Source of the DNA: Deinococcales bacterium
GTDB lineage: Bacteria > Deinococcota > Deinococci > Deinococcales > JAAFIG01
Direction: 5' to 3'
NCBI GenBank assembly: GCA_031414595.1
Contig: JANNVX010000060.1
Location: forward strand, 1-49,972
DNA length: 49,972 bases
Part shown: in pieces, positions 29,820-38,919 of the stretch
Layout: the number at the start of each line of letters is the position of its first letter
Position numbering within the stretch: position 1 is the stretch's first letter
Translations under genes and position numbers: made by a program
Notes under the pieces: model-generated
Told to the model about the DNA's origin: nothing
Seen by the model: only the letters and a program-made list of their open reading frames with translations
Databases searched by the model: none

Positions 29820-29854
29820 GTTCAGCTACTAGCTGCTAGTGATTAGCGCCTAGC
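29820..29854. repeat. Heptameric short tandem repeat (5 units), copy B
   Basis: gttcagc tactagc tgctagt gattagc gcctagc. Confidence 0.65.
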
Positions 29855-29876
29855 TCTTTGTTCTAAACGCATAGAT

Positions 29877-30488
29877 TTACAAGTCGCCACGCAACCAGTT
29901 TTCAATCATGGCGAGGGGTTCACGCAAGGCAAATCTCGAGCGCATCCCAAACCGAGACCAACAAGGACTTTTGGGCGCACCGATTAAGGTTGGTTCAAAA
30001 CCGATTTTCGTTGCCAATGCGCCCGCCCGAGCCAAATGAAATGGGTCTGAAACAATCAGCACTCGAGAACTGCTGAGTAGAGATTTTGAAAAACGCAGAT
30101 TCTCGGCAGTGCTGGTACTGCGTGGCTCGAGTATGGTTTGTTCTTTTTGCAGTCCAAAAGAAACCGCGATGTCCTGCATCACTTCGGCTTCGACTGCTCC
30201 ATCTTCTTTGTCTACCCCGCCACTTAAAACGAGGCGCGGCGCAAACCCAGCCTGAACCAATTCCACACCGCGTTTGACTCGAGCCACTAAACAGGGATTC
30301 CAGCGCCCAGCAGGGTAATAGGCTTGAGCGCCTAGCACAATAACGGCATCGGCTTTAATTGGAGTGCTGCGGCTCGAGACTGCCCCAACCCAAGTCAGCA
30401 AACCCAAGTACAGCAAAATACCAAAAGTTAAAACCCCGAAAGCAATTTTTTGATAGGTCTTCACAAGTCTATTTTGATAGGTTCTCAC
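29877..30488 (-). CDS. YdcF/DUF218 family protein
   Basis: DAVIVLG, LSGG, EAEVM, EPRSTSTAEN, VSDPFHLARA; GTG start at 30488 or 30464. Confidence 0.88.
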   Translation of the reverse strand: MRTYQNRLVKTYQKIAFGVLTFGILLYLGLLTWVGAVSSRSTPIKADAVIVLGAQAYYPAGRWNPCLVARVKRGVELVQAGFAPRLVLSGGVDKEDGAVEAEVMQDIAVSFGLQKEQTILEPRSTSTAENLRFSKSLLSSSRVLIVSDPFHLARAGALATKIGFEPTLIGAPKSPCWSRFGMRSRFALREPLAMIENWLRGDL

Positions 30489-30492
30489 GACC

Positions 30493-31596
30493 TTATTTAA
30501 GGACAAGCGGGATGAGAACAATGATTTCAAAGGCTTCGTACCACGCCGCTAAAACCAAAAAACTAACCGCCAAAGGTAAACATCGGGTGTACTCGAGAAA
30601 TGCAAAGCTCCAAGGGGTTTTTTTAACAATGCGAAAAAGCAGCACCCCACTTGAAGCGACAATAAAAATATATGAACCGAGTTCTATTAAAATTGTTGGA
30701 ATATGCAGCAACCATGCCGCCAAGGGCAATGTTCCCACAGGAGCAAGTGCTAAGCCATAGAATGGATACTGAAACAAACCAATTAAATAAGCTGGAACAG
30801 CAAAAAAACTACCAGGAACATAACTGGTTAAGAAAATTCCCGAGCGCAAATTATTCCAAGTGATACCAAAAGCAGCACTGGCAACATTGGTTTGGGTTAA
30901 TTCTGCCACGCCATTTGCCGAAAGCACCGTGCGTAGAAATTCGCCAATTGCTTTGGTGATGCTTGGATTCGCTAAGCCGACCAGTGTTCCAATGGCAAAC
31001 AAACCAAAAAAGACCACAAATGTACCAATATAGATACCCTTATAGGCTTTAACCGTCTGGATACTCTGCTCGAGAAGTGTGCGCCAAGGTGTTTTGGCGA
31101 TACTCGCCCAGAGCAGCAATGCCGAAAGTGCCGCGAATAACCAAGCACCCCAAATGGTTTTGACAAATTCTGGGATTAAATCTGCATTTGTACCAATTCG
31201 CACTGATTCAGCTTGCCATATCTGACCATTTTGAACCAAGGTAATTGTCAGTAATTCATCGCCCAACGAATTAGAAGTAACTGGGTAAGTATAAACTCGA
31301 GCCGAACCGTCCTCGGTGACACGGCGCAAATCAAAACTGACTCGGGCATTCTTGGGGGCCGGGGCAAATTGGACTTGTTGGGTTAAAGCCCGCAATTGTT
31401 TTTGCAGTAACACCGTTGGGTCAGTCTCACCCTCGAGTGCTTTAGGGTCAAGCGGGGCTGGCTTGAATTTACCCAAGAGCCAATCGCGCACCGTTTGGTC
31501 GGCAATTACATCGGCTTGAGGATTGGGCTTAGCGGCAGCACTTTGGGCTAAACTGCTCGAGAACAAAAGAAAAACAAGACAAATCAACCATTTCAT
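30493..31596 (-). CDS. Membrane protein with SpoIIM/DUF95-like C-terminal domain
   Basis: Signal peptide, ITWNNL, LLH...IEL, LAAWYEAF. Confidence 0.7.
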   Translation of the reverse strand: MKWLICLVFLLFSSSLAQSAAAKPNPQADVIADQTVRDWLLGKFKPAPLDPKALEGETDPTVLLQKQLRALTQQVQFAPAPKNARVSFDLRRVTEDGSARVYTYPVTSNSLGDELLTITLVQNGQIWQAESVRIGTNADLIPEFVKTIWGAWLFAALSALLLWASIAKTPWRTLLEQSIQTVKAYKGIYIGTFVVFFGLFAIGTLVGLANPSITKAIGEFLRTVLSANGVAELTQTNVASAAFGITWNNLRSGIFLTSYVPGSFFAVPAYLIGLFQYPFYGLALAPVGTLPLAAWLLHIPTILIELGSYIFIVASSGVLLFRIVKKTPWSFAFLEYTRCLPLAVSFLVLAAWYEAFEIIVLIPLVLK

Positions 31597-31631
31597 AAGC
31601 GGATTCTAGCCTGATTATCAAAAAGCAATTG

Positions 31632-31886
31632 TCACTCGAGTAAACCAGATTCTTCAAAGTAATTAAGCAGTCTGCTTGCATCGGCTCGAGCCGTAGCTTC
31701 TGTGACAGCATATTTTTTAATCACGGCTTGTACACCCTGTTCAAAATCTGGTTTGCGTTTCCAAGTGTTCCATAAAAGTACCGCCGCCCCAGTGATTTGA
31801 TGCCTGGCATGGGTGTTGGGCAGACGCAACTCGAGGATTGTATCGGTGATGTCGGTTTCGATGGTTTGGCGGTTTGGGCGTTTCAT
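31632..31886 (-). CDS. PqqD-like (RiPP recognition element) small protein
   Basis: 84 aa; GAAVLLW...YAVTEATARADASRLLNYFEESGLL fits the PqqD pattern; ATGA-coupled to argB. Confidence 0.6.
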   Translation of the reverse strand: MKRPNRQTIETDITDTILELRLPNTHARHQITGAAVLLWNTWKRKPDFEQGVQAVIKKYAVTEATARADASRLLNYFEESGLLE

Positions 31887-32659
31887 TTGTCCAGTCTATC
31901 AGGGTTAAAGGTTGTGCCAGCCTTTCCAGCCACAGCCAACTCGAGGACACCAGCCTTCATACCACTGGCAATCGTGGCTTTGGGTGCGCCCATGCTGAGG
32001 GCATTTAAGGCAGCTTCGACTTTGGGAATCATGCCACCAGAAATAATGCCTTGGTCAATCCAAGTTTTGGCTTGCTGCTCGAGCAGCACAGCTTGCAGAC
32101 TGCTTGGGTCTTGGGAGTCTTGCATCACCCCAGACACATCAGTTAAAAAAATAATTTCGCTGCCAAGTTTACCCGCCACTGCCCCAGCCGCCCAATCCGC
32201 ATTGACGTTAAGCGGCTCGCCGTCTTCATCGGTGGCGATACAACCAATCACGGGGGTGATGTCTTGGGCTAAAAGGGTTTGAATCAGGGCGGTATTGACG
32301 CGATGCACCCGTCCAACCCGTCCCAATTCTGGCTCGAGAAGATTGGCTTCTAAAAGCTGCATGTCACGTCCTGTTAAGCCAATGGCAAGTCCGATGTCCT
32401 GCGCCAATTCTTTACTTAGGGCAGTGATGGCTTTTTCGATTACCTCGAGAGCTTCGGGGGTTGTGACCCGTAAACCACGTACAAAATTAGATTCAATGCC
32501 CAGCCGCCCAAGGTCGCGTTCAATCACTGGTCCGCCGCCATGCACCACAACCACCCGATGGGCTTGGCGCAAACCAGCGATTTCTTGGGCAATGGCTCGG
32601 CGTAACTCGAGGTTTTTCATGGCATTGCCACCGTATTTGACCACTACAATTGGTTTCAT
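31883..32659 (-). CDS. argB: Acetylglutamate kinase
   Basis: VVKYGGNAM, VHGGGP, GLRVT, NVNADWAAG, LTDVSG, GGMIPKV. Confidence 0.96.
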   Translation of the reverse strand: MKPIVVVKYGGNAMKNLELRRAIAQEIAGLRQAHRVVVVHGGGPVIERDLGRLGIESNFVRGLRVTTPEALEVIEKAITALSKELAQDIGLAIGLTGRDMQLLEANLLEPELGRVGRVHRVNTALIQTLLAQDITPVIGCIATDEDGEPLNVNADWAAGAVAGKLGSEIIFLTDVSGVMQDSQDPSSLQAVLLEQQAKTWIDQGIISGGMIPKVEAALNALSMGAPKATIASGMKAGVLELAVAGKAGTTFNPDRLDK

Positions 32660-32770
32660 TACGGCTAAGCATACCTTGTTTTGAGTTTTCTATCAAACTA
32701 TAGCAGATAAAATTTAATTTTCTAAATTTTATTTTTAGTATAAGTAAGCAATATCAATTATAAACGAGAC

Positions 32771-32812
32771 TTGACAAAATATAAGATTTTGTTTTATATT
32801 TAACTTAGGAGG
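32771..32812 (+). promoter_or_regulatory. Near-consensus sigma70 promoter with operator palindrome and RBS
   Basis: TTGACA-18bp-TATATT; ACAAAAT/ATTTTGT inverted repeat 32774-32792; AGGAGG 32807-32812. Confidence 0.7.
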
Positions 32813-32818
32813 TTGCAA

Positions 32819-32995
32819 ATGAACCCTTACCCTGAAATCCTCGAGATTGGTCAAGAACACCTGAAGTTTCTACGTCAAGAAGCCCACCTGCTTAGCCTTC
32901 AACCAAAACAACCATCAATTCGTCGTCGCTTAGCAAAAATCCTCAAGAATCTGGCGGCACAACTCGAACAAGAACCTCAACTTGCCCACTCCTAA
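32819..32995 (+). CDS. Small hypothetical protein (58 aa)
   Basis: AGGAGG RBS, own promoter, amphipathic basic helix. Confidence 0.7.
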   Translation: MNPYPEILEIGQEHLKFLRQEAHLLSLQPKQPSIRRRLAKILKNLAAQLEQEPQLAHS

Positions 32996-33054
32996 ATTGC
33001 TCCATCCATCCCCTAAAGACCAATGCTGCCCATTGGTCTTTTATACTGCTTACC

Positions 33055-33957
33055 ATGTTCAGAGGTCGCTTTGCTCCTAGCCCAACTGGTGAAATGCACC
33101 TTGGCAATGCCCGTACCGCCTTGCTTTGTTGGTTACAAGCTCGAGCTAACAATGGTAAATTTATTTTGCGACTCGAGGACTTAGACACCAGCCGAATTCG
33201 CTTTAGCGCAGCCGACCAAATCCTGCGCGACCTCGAATGGCTTGGCTTAGATTGGGATGAAGGCTGGGACATCGGCGGCGAATTTGCACCATATATTCAG
33301 TCAAAACGCACCGACTTGTATGCCCAATACGCCACTCGGCTCGAGACCTATGCCTGTTCGTGCAGCCGCAAAGACATTCAAGATTCGGTCAGTGCGCCTC
33401 ATGATGAACCACGTTACGCTGGGAACTCCGAACCACGTTACGCTGGCACATGCCGCAACCGCACCACCACCCATGCTCGCGCCACGGCTTTGCGTTACCG
33501 AGTCCCAGATACAGAAATTTCGTTTTTAGACGGGATTTGCGGCAGGGTACTCGAGAATGTCCAAAATACAATTGGCGATTTTGTCATACGTCGCAATGAT
33601 GGCGCATGGGCATACCAACTGGCTTGTGTGGTAGATGACCTTGAAATGCAAATCACCGATGTGCTGCGTGGACAAGATTTACTGGGCAGTACCGCAAGGC
33701 AAATTTTACTTTACAAAGCATTTAACGCCAAACCACCACGTTTTTATCATGTCCCGCTCTTAACCGATTTCCAAGGTAAACGCTTAGCCAAACGCGACCA
33801 TGCCCTGAGCTTAAAAACCCTGCGTCAATCTGGAATTTCCCCAAGCGAACTGACTCGAGACCTTGCCCAGAGCCTCGGCTGGAAAATCAACGCAGCTTGT
33901 CACCCTAAAGATTTACTCGAGTGCTTCAAGATATGGATTCAAGCGTCATCAGGATAA
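33055..33957 (+). CDS. gluQ: Glutamyl-Q tRNA(Asp) synthetase
   Basis: GRFAPSPTG.MHLGN, CSCSR, YQLACVVDD, RLAKR; 300 aa, no anticodon domain. Confidence 0.92.
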   Translation: MFRGRFAPSPTGEMHLGNARTALLCWLQARANNGKFILRLEDLDTSRIRFSAADQILRDLEWLGLDWDEGWDIGGEFAPYIQSKRTDLYAQYATRLETYACSCSRKDIQDSVSAPHDEPRYAGNSEPRYAGTCRNRTTTHARATALRYRVPDTEISFLDGICGRVLENVQNTIGDFVIRRNDGAWAYQLACVVDDLEMQITDVLRGQDLLGSTARQILLYKAFNAKPPRFYHVPLLTDFQGKRLAKRDHALSLKTLRQSGISPSELTRDLAQSLGWKINAACHPKDLLECFKIWIQASSG

Positions 33958-34601
33958 GCCAGACTTTGCAAATACGCCAGCAGCGCGGCTTTTTCGGTAT
34001 TGTCAGGCTTTGGGGTTTGGGCATCTTCCCCAATATCATCTAAATCTAATTCGATAACCGCCTGCGAAACCATTGGCGGCGGCGCAAGCATGGTTGGAAC
34101 AAAATTTGATACGACGACAGCAGGGGCTTGAACCGGCTGAGCTTTAGGAACTGGTTGATGCGAAGCATAAAAAGCACTCTCTTCGATGGTACTGGCACTT
34201 GGGCGAGTCAATTCTTCCACAGGTAAACGGGTTAGTTGTGCATCGGTTGGCACAAATAAAGCTCTAAACGCCCAACGCATCGAACCCTTAGCCGCCAATT
34301 CAAGCGGAGTCAAAGAGACCACATACATTAAAAGCTCAGTGACGACCAGACGCATGGTTACGCCCTTGGCATGACGCTTGGCATCTGACTCGAGAATCTC
34401 AAATTCACCACGAGCCACCCATAAGCGCCCCGTACCGACCAAATCAGCCACTTCGTTGGGTGGTTTACGTCGCCGAGCCGAATCTCCGACCCGCACCTCA
34501 CCTTTAGATTTGCGCCTATCGCGATGCACCCCAATAATCCAACCCGCCGTCACTGAAATGCGATTCTCACCAGAAACAATCGCCGCTCCTTCTAAGCGCA
34601 T
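33939..34601 (-). CDS. Hypothetical protein
   Basis: 220-aa ORF, GAGG RBS, co-oriented with neighbours. Confidence 0.7.
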   Translation of the reverse strand: MRLEGAAIVSGENRISVTAGWIIGVHRDRRKSKGEVRVGDSARRRKPPNEVADLVGTGRLWVARGEFEILESDAKRHAKGVTMRLVVTELLMYVVSLTPLELAAKGSMRWAFRALFVPTDAQLTRLPVEELTRPSASTIEESAFYASHQPVPKAQPVQAPAVVVSNFVPTMLAPPPMVSQAVIELDLDDIGEDAQTPKPDNTEKAALLAYLQSLAYPDDA

Positions 34602-34658
34602 ACTGCACCCACCTCAAAAGGCAGTGCTTGGAAAATTGCCCCCAATACAAACATAGCC

Positions 34659-35279
34659 CTAGTCTACCTCTTTCCGCCCTATAAATGTAAGTTGTTCGGG
34701 AGTCGCAAAGCCCTGCACCCAAGAATCGGCTGCCACCTCGAGCCTCAAAAACACCATCCGCGAATGAACAATGGTTAAAGTAGGCACATCAATTGGCGCT
34801 CCTTTTGCCCCAAAACCAAAGCCCTTAGACAACCGTGCGCCGTTCTTCGCCACGGCAACACTGGCAAGCGCCGCCAGTTCAACTGTATCTAAATTACACG
34901 CCACACCAAAAACATGAAAATTCTCAATTCGAGCTGCCGATTTATCTACCTGCTCGAGCCGCCAAAATGCGCCAGACTTGGTTCGGTGCGGCACAACCAA
35001 GGTTTTACCCGCCTCGAGCAACAAACCGCGAAGTGGCAACAGCGCCGCTTCCATACCAACCAGCACCACCTTGGCAGACATTAAAAGTGGCTGCTTTAAC
35101 AACTGCTTGGCGGCGGCTCGAGCGCCCTTAAAATTGGGATTATGACCATGCGGCGGCAGAGGAAAAGCTGCCGCGTTGTGCTGTACCAAATCTGACCAAA
35201 TGCGTTCACGCAAAACACCGACTTTGATTGGCTCAGGGTTTACTGGCTCGGTCATCGAGTTGGAGAGCGGCTCGGTCAT
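34659..35279 (-). CDS. 5-formyltetrahydrofolate cyclo-ligase family protein
   Basis: FPLPPHGHNPNFKGA, SVAV..NGARLSKGFGF, TIVH. Confidence 0.75.
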   Translation of the reverse strand: MTEPLSNSMTEPVNPEPIKVGVLRERIWSDLVQHNAAAFPLPPHGHNPNFKGARAAAKQLLKQPLLMSAKVVLVGMEAALLPLRGLLLEAGKTLVVPHRTKSGAFWRLEQVDKSAARIENFHVFGVACNLDTVELAALASVAVAKNGARLSKGFGFGAKGAPIDVPTLTIVHSRMVFLRLEVAADSWVQGFATPEQLTFIGRKEVD

Positions 35280-35746
35280 CGAGTTGGACGAACAAATTCC
35301 ACAACCACAGGCACATCCCTACCCGCACCGACCCGAATCTCGAGCAAACCTGTAGCCCGGTCAATAAAACAGACCTTGATAACGTTATCGCACAAAAAAA
35401 CCTCGGAAGTCAGCTTGACCAGATAAATACCCGCTTTTGTACCAACTGGCACACGCACCGCCGCCACAACAGGCTCGAGCGAAACATGGTACTCATCGGG
35501 TAAATCCTTATATGGCAGACCCTTTTCAAGCACCAATTCAACTGGTTTTTTAGACCAAGGAGTCTCGAGCAGAAGTGTACTCGAGCCAGCCCGATTAAAA
35601 AGCAGTTCTGCACCAAACTTAAATTCAAAACGCACTTTGGCATCTGTGCCAGCCGCCGCAAAGAACACACCAGATTTGAGCGTGGTACTGCTTGGGGCTG
35701 CCAATGCAAAACCAAGCAAAATAATCAAAGCAAAAAAATGTTTCAT
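35276..35746 (-). CDS. Secreted hypothetical protein (CxxxxxxC pair)
   Basis: Signal peptide MKHFFALIILLGFALA; FLCDNVIKVCF. Confidence 0.7.
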   Translation of the reverse strand: MKHFFALIILLGFALAAPSSTTLKSGVFFAAAGTDAKVRFEFKFGAELLFNRAGSSTLLLETPWSKKPVELVLEKGLPYKDLPDEYHVSLEPVVAAVRVPVGTKAGIYLVKLTSEVFLCDNVIKVCFIDRATGLLEIRVGAGRDVPVVVEFVRPTR

Positions 35747-35809
35747 GGACTTGAGCGTACAAGGCAAGACCTTAAAATAGATGAGGGGTTTTATGTTATT
35801 TTTTGCCAA

Positions 35810-36406
35810 ATGAACCCACTACCCCTACTCGAGAAACTACAGTCAATCGCCAAACTTGGGCTGTATTACACCAAGGATATTTATGACCGTCAGCGTTACC
35901 AGCAACTGCTCGAGCTAACGGCTGAGTATTATGGTCATGCCCTCGAGATGCCGATTGCCAAGGCTCGAGACAACCTCAAAAAAGACCTTGGCAAACTTGG
36001 AGTCTGCCCTATTCTGGGTTCAGATGCAGCTATTTTTGACCTGAGTGGTAAAATTCTACTGATGAAACGAACCGATAACCACAAATGGTGCTTGCCGTGT
36101 GGTTTGGTCGAAGCTGGCGAATCGCCCGAGCAGGGCGCAATTCGGGAAGCCAAAGAAGAAACAGGTTTAGAAGTGCAAATCCTCGAGCTAGTCAAGGTTT
36201 ACACACGGTTTCCAAGTCCTGAATACGGGTTGTATACACTGGTGAGTACGGTTTATTTGTGCGAAGCTGTTGGCGGTGTCCTGACCCGTTCGCATGAAGA
36301 TTTAGGTTTGCAATACTGGGAAATTTCAGATGTACCTGTTTGGCATTGTGAAATGCAGCAACACGCCAAAGATGCTCAGGTTGCTTGGCTTAAGCGGCAG
36401 TTTTAG
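35810..36406 (+). CDS. NUDIX hydrolase with Nudix_N domain
   Basis: LQSIAKLGLYYTKDIYDRQRY and Nudix box GLVEAGESPEQGAIREAKEETG. Confidence 0.9.
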   Translation: MNPLPLLEKLQSIAKLGLYYTKDIYDRQRYQQLLELTAEYYGHALEMPIAKARDNLKKDLGKLGVCPILGSDAAIFDLSGKILLMKRTDNHKWCLPCGLVEAGESPEQGAIREAKEETGLEVQILELVKVYTRFPSPEYGLYTLVSTVYLCEAVGGVLTRSHEDLGLQYWEISDVPVWHCEMQQHAKDAQVAWLKRQF

Positions 36407-36908
36407 GACGTTTAGGGTTAATCAGATTATTTAACACCGCAAAAATTCCAATCAGTAAACCCAAAATAAGCGGCAGACCAATCAAAACCCCAATTATCCA
36501 ACTTAAACGCCCAACTTCTGGATTCGGTGGCACAAGCCCAAAACGCCCTTCGGTCACAGATTTCCCAACCCCAAGCGTGTACTGACCATCGAGAACCAAT
36601 TCACCTGCTTTGACTCGAGCAATTAGGTTGTGTTCGCCTTCTGATAAATCTAGGGTTGCCTTAAAAACACTTTTCTCGAGTTTTTGGGCTAGAACTCGCA
36701 GGGTTTTACCATCAATATCAATCACATCAAGTTCCAAGGAATCCACGGTTAAGGGCTTCGTCCCATTTGCATCAGAAATTCGCGCTATAAAAACACCTTC
36801 GTCGGGGTCAAATTCAAACTCGAGGATGCCTTGGCGTTGGCTTTGTGGTGTAGCTGTTTGCGCTAGGCTTAGGCTCGAGAAGAAAAGTAAAAAATAGATC
36901 AACCACAT
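36390..36908 (-). CDS. Exported/membrane-anchored hypothetical protein
   Basis: Signal peptide, beta-rich domain, C-terminal TM helix; TAAACT-6nt-ATG. Confidence 0.7.
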   Translation of the reverse strand: MWLIYFLLFFSSLSLAQTATPQSQRQGILEFEFDPDEGVFIARISDANGTKPLTVDSLELDVIDIDGKTLRVLAQKLEKSVFKATLDLSEGEHNLIARVKAGELVLDGQYTLGVGKSVTEGRFGLVPPNPEVGRLSWIIGVLIGLPLILGLLIGIFAVLNNLINPKRPKTAA

Positions 36909-36946
36909 GGCTTAAGTTTAGGACTTTTACTCAAGGTGTTTGCCCT

Positions 36947-36985
36947 ATTGCATAATTTCTCAAAATCAATGTATAATTATGCAAT
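36947..36985 (+). promoter_or_regulatory. Tandem ARG boxes (ArgR operator) overlapping the argG promoter
   Basis: ATTGCATAATTTCTCAAA-3bp-AATGTATAATTATGCAAT; -35 TTGCAT 36948, -10 TATAAT 36972. Confidence 0.85.
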
Positions 36986-37016
36986 GATTTTTGATTCCAC
37001 CCGACAACGCAGCTAA
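36984..37016 (+). CDS. Putative arg leader peptide MIFDSTRQRS (leaderless)
   Basis: ATG 6 nt after TATAAT; Arg codons CGA and CGC lie in a segment complementary to 37039-37052. Confidence 0.6.
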   Translation: MIFDSTRQRS

Positions 37017-37164
37017 GACTTCTCTCGAGGTATACCTGTGCGCTTTGGGTGGTTTATGCTGGGAAACGGTACTCCCCCTCTCTTGCCCCTAAAGCAGCAC
37101 CTTCGGGCTTTGGGCGCTCGCTACGTCGATGGGTACTCAAAAAATCAAATCAGGAGAAATTAAA

Positions 37165-38364
37165 ATGGCTAAGAAAAAAGTGGTACTTGCATACAGTGGT
37201 GGACTCGACACCAGCATGATTCTCAAATGGCTACAACTCGAGCGCGATTACGAAGTGGTCTGTTTTACTGCCGACATTGGGCAAGGCGAAGAAGTCGAGG
37301 AGGCTCGAGTTAAAGCGCTGAATACTGGCGCGATTGCCGCCTATGCGCTGGACTTGCGCGAAGAATTTGTTAAAGATTTTGTTTTCCCAATGCAGCGCTC
37401 CAGTGCGCTTTACGAAGGCTATTATTTACTTGGCACGAGCATTGCCCGTCCGCTCATCGCTAAGCACCTTGTCGAGATTGCCTTCACGGAGAAAGCCGAA
37501 GCCATTTCGCACGGTGCAACCGGCAAAGGCAACGACCAAGTGCGCTTTGAAATCAGCGCGTATGCCCTGAACCCAGAAATTAAAGTTATTGCCCCGTGGC
37601 GCGAATGGGGACCAAGCGGACGCAAAGAACTGATGGAATTTGCCGCCAAGCACAACATCCCCGTGCCAGTCAGTGCTGCCAAGCCATACAGTGTGGATTC
37701 TAATTTACTGCACAACAGCTTTGAAGGCGGGATTCTCGAAGACCCTTGGGCAGAACCACCGAGTGGCATGTTCAAACTGACCAAACCAGTCGAAGAAACC
37801 CCAGACACACCAGAATATGTCGAAATTGAATTCTTAGGCGGCGACCCAATTGCCATCAACGGCGAGAAATTCAGTCCAGCCGCATTGCTCGAGAAAGCCA
37901 ATCAGATAGCAGGGAATCACGGCATTGGCGTGGTGGATTTGGTTGAGAACCGCTTTGTTGGCATGAAATCTCGCGGGGTTTACGAAACACCGGGCGGCAC
38001 ACTTTTGTACCACGCTCGTCGGGCAGTCGAAAGCATTACGCTAGACCGTGAAGTGTTGCACACGCGGGACTCCATGCAACCCAAATACGCCGAACTGGTT
38101 TACAACGGTTTTTGGTTTACTGCCGAACGCGAAGCCATGCAAGTTTACTTTGACCATGTGGCAAAAAGCACCACTGGTATTGCTCGCATGAAACTATTTA
38201 AGGGACAAGCACTGGTGGTCGGGCGGAAATCCCCCATTAGCTTATATGACCCAACGCTCGTGACCTTTGAAAAAGAAACCGTTTACGACCAAGCCGACGC
38301 TGGCGGATTTATCAAGCTCAATGCCCTACGCGCTCGAGTCCGCGCTCGGTTGCAACGGGATTAG
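37165..38364 (+). CDS. argG: Argininosuccinate synthase
   Basis: [49 protein letters not shown]. Confidence 0.98.
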   Translation: MAKKKVVLAYSGGLDTSMILKWLQLERDYEVVCFTADIGQGEEVEEARVKALNTGAIAAYALDLREEFVKDFVFPMQRSSALYEGYYLLGTSIARPLIAKHLVEIAFTEKAEAISHGATGKGNDQVRFEISAYALNPEIKVIAPWREWGPSGRKELMEFAAKHNIPVPVSAAKPYSVDSNLLHNSFEGGILEDPWAEPPSGMFKLTKPVEETPDTPEYVEIEFLGGDPIAINGEKFSPAALLEKANQIAGNHGIGVVDLVENRFVGMKSRGVYETPGGTLLYHARRAVESITLDREVLHTRDSMQPKYAELVYNGFWFTAEREAMQVYFDHVAKSTTGIARMKLFKGQALVVGRKSPISLYDPTLVTFEKETVYDQADAGGFIKLNALRARVRARLQRD

Positions 38365-38386
38365 ATTCGACTGTGAGGTGATTTTT

Positions 38387-38872
38387 ATGGCGCTCGAGAA
38401 AAAATCGGATTTTAGCCAATTTGCTGGCGGTTGGACTGATGAAGAAGCTGAGGAATTTGAGCGAAACACAGCCGAATTCAGAATGGTCATTCCACCATTT
38501 TTTCTAAATCTCGAGCGCCCAATCATCGTATGTTTGTGTGGTTCGACACGATTTTTCGATATGTTCTCAAAATTAAATCTCGAGGAAACCTTAGCTGGGA
38601 AAATCGTGCTTTCAATTGCGAGTGACCGCCAAACTGAGCAGCATATTTTTGATTCCATGAACGAAACTCAACTCGAGCAAGTCAAACTTAAACTCGATTT
38701 CCTGCATTTACGAAAAATTGACCTAGCGGATGAAATTCTAGTTGTGAATGTGAATGGCTACGTTGGTGAAAGCACCACTCGAGAAATTTTATACGCTCGA
38801 GAAACTAAAAAAATTGTTCGTTGGCTCGAGCCTGAAAGTATTCCTGAACATCTAAAAAATGACCCAAACTAA
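38387..38872 (+). CDS. Nucleoside 2-deoxyribosyltransferase-like protein with antitoxin-like N-terminal extension
   Basis: IVCLCGSTRF...HLRKIDLADEILVVNVNGYVGESTTREILYA; GAGGTG RBS. Confidence 0.6.
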   Translation: MALEKKSDFSQFAGGWTDEEAEEFERNTAEFRMVIPPFFLNLERPIIVCLCGSTRFFDMFSKLNLEETLAGKIVLSIASDRQTEQHIFDSMNETQLEQVKLKLDFLHLRKIDLADEILVVNVNGYVGESTTREILYARETKKIVRWLEPESIPEHLKNDPN

Positions 38873-38919
38873 CCTTAATTCTGGCTTAATCTCGAGCATT
38901 TCCACAAAGGCAAACGCAT

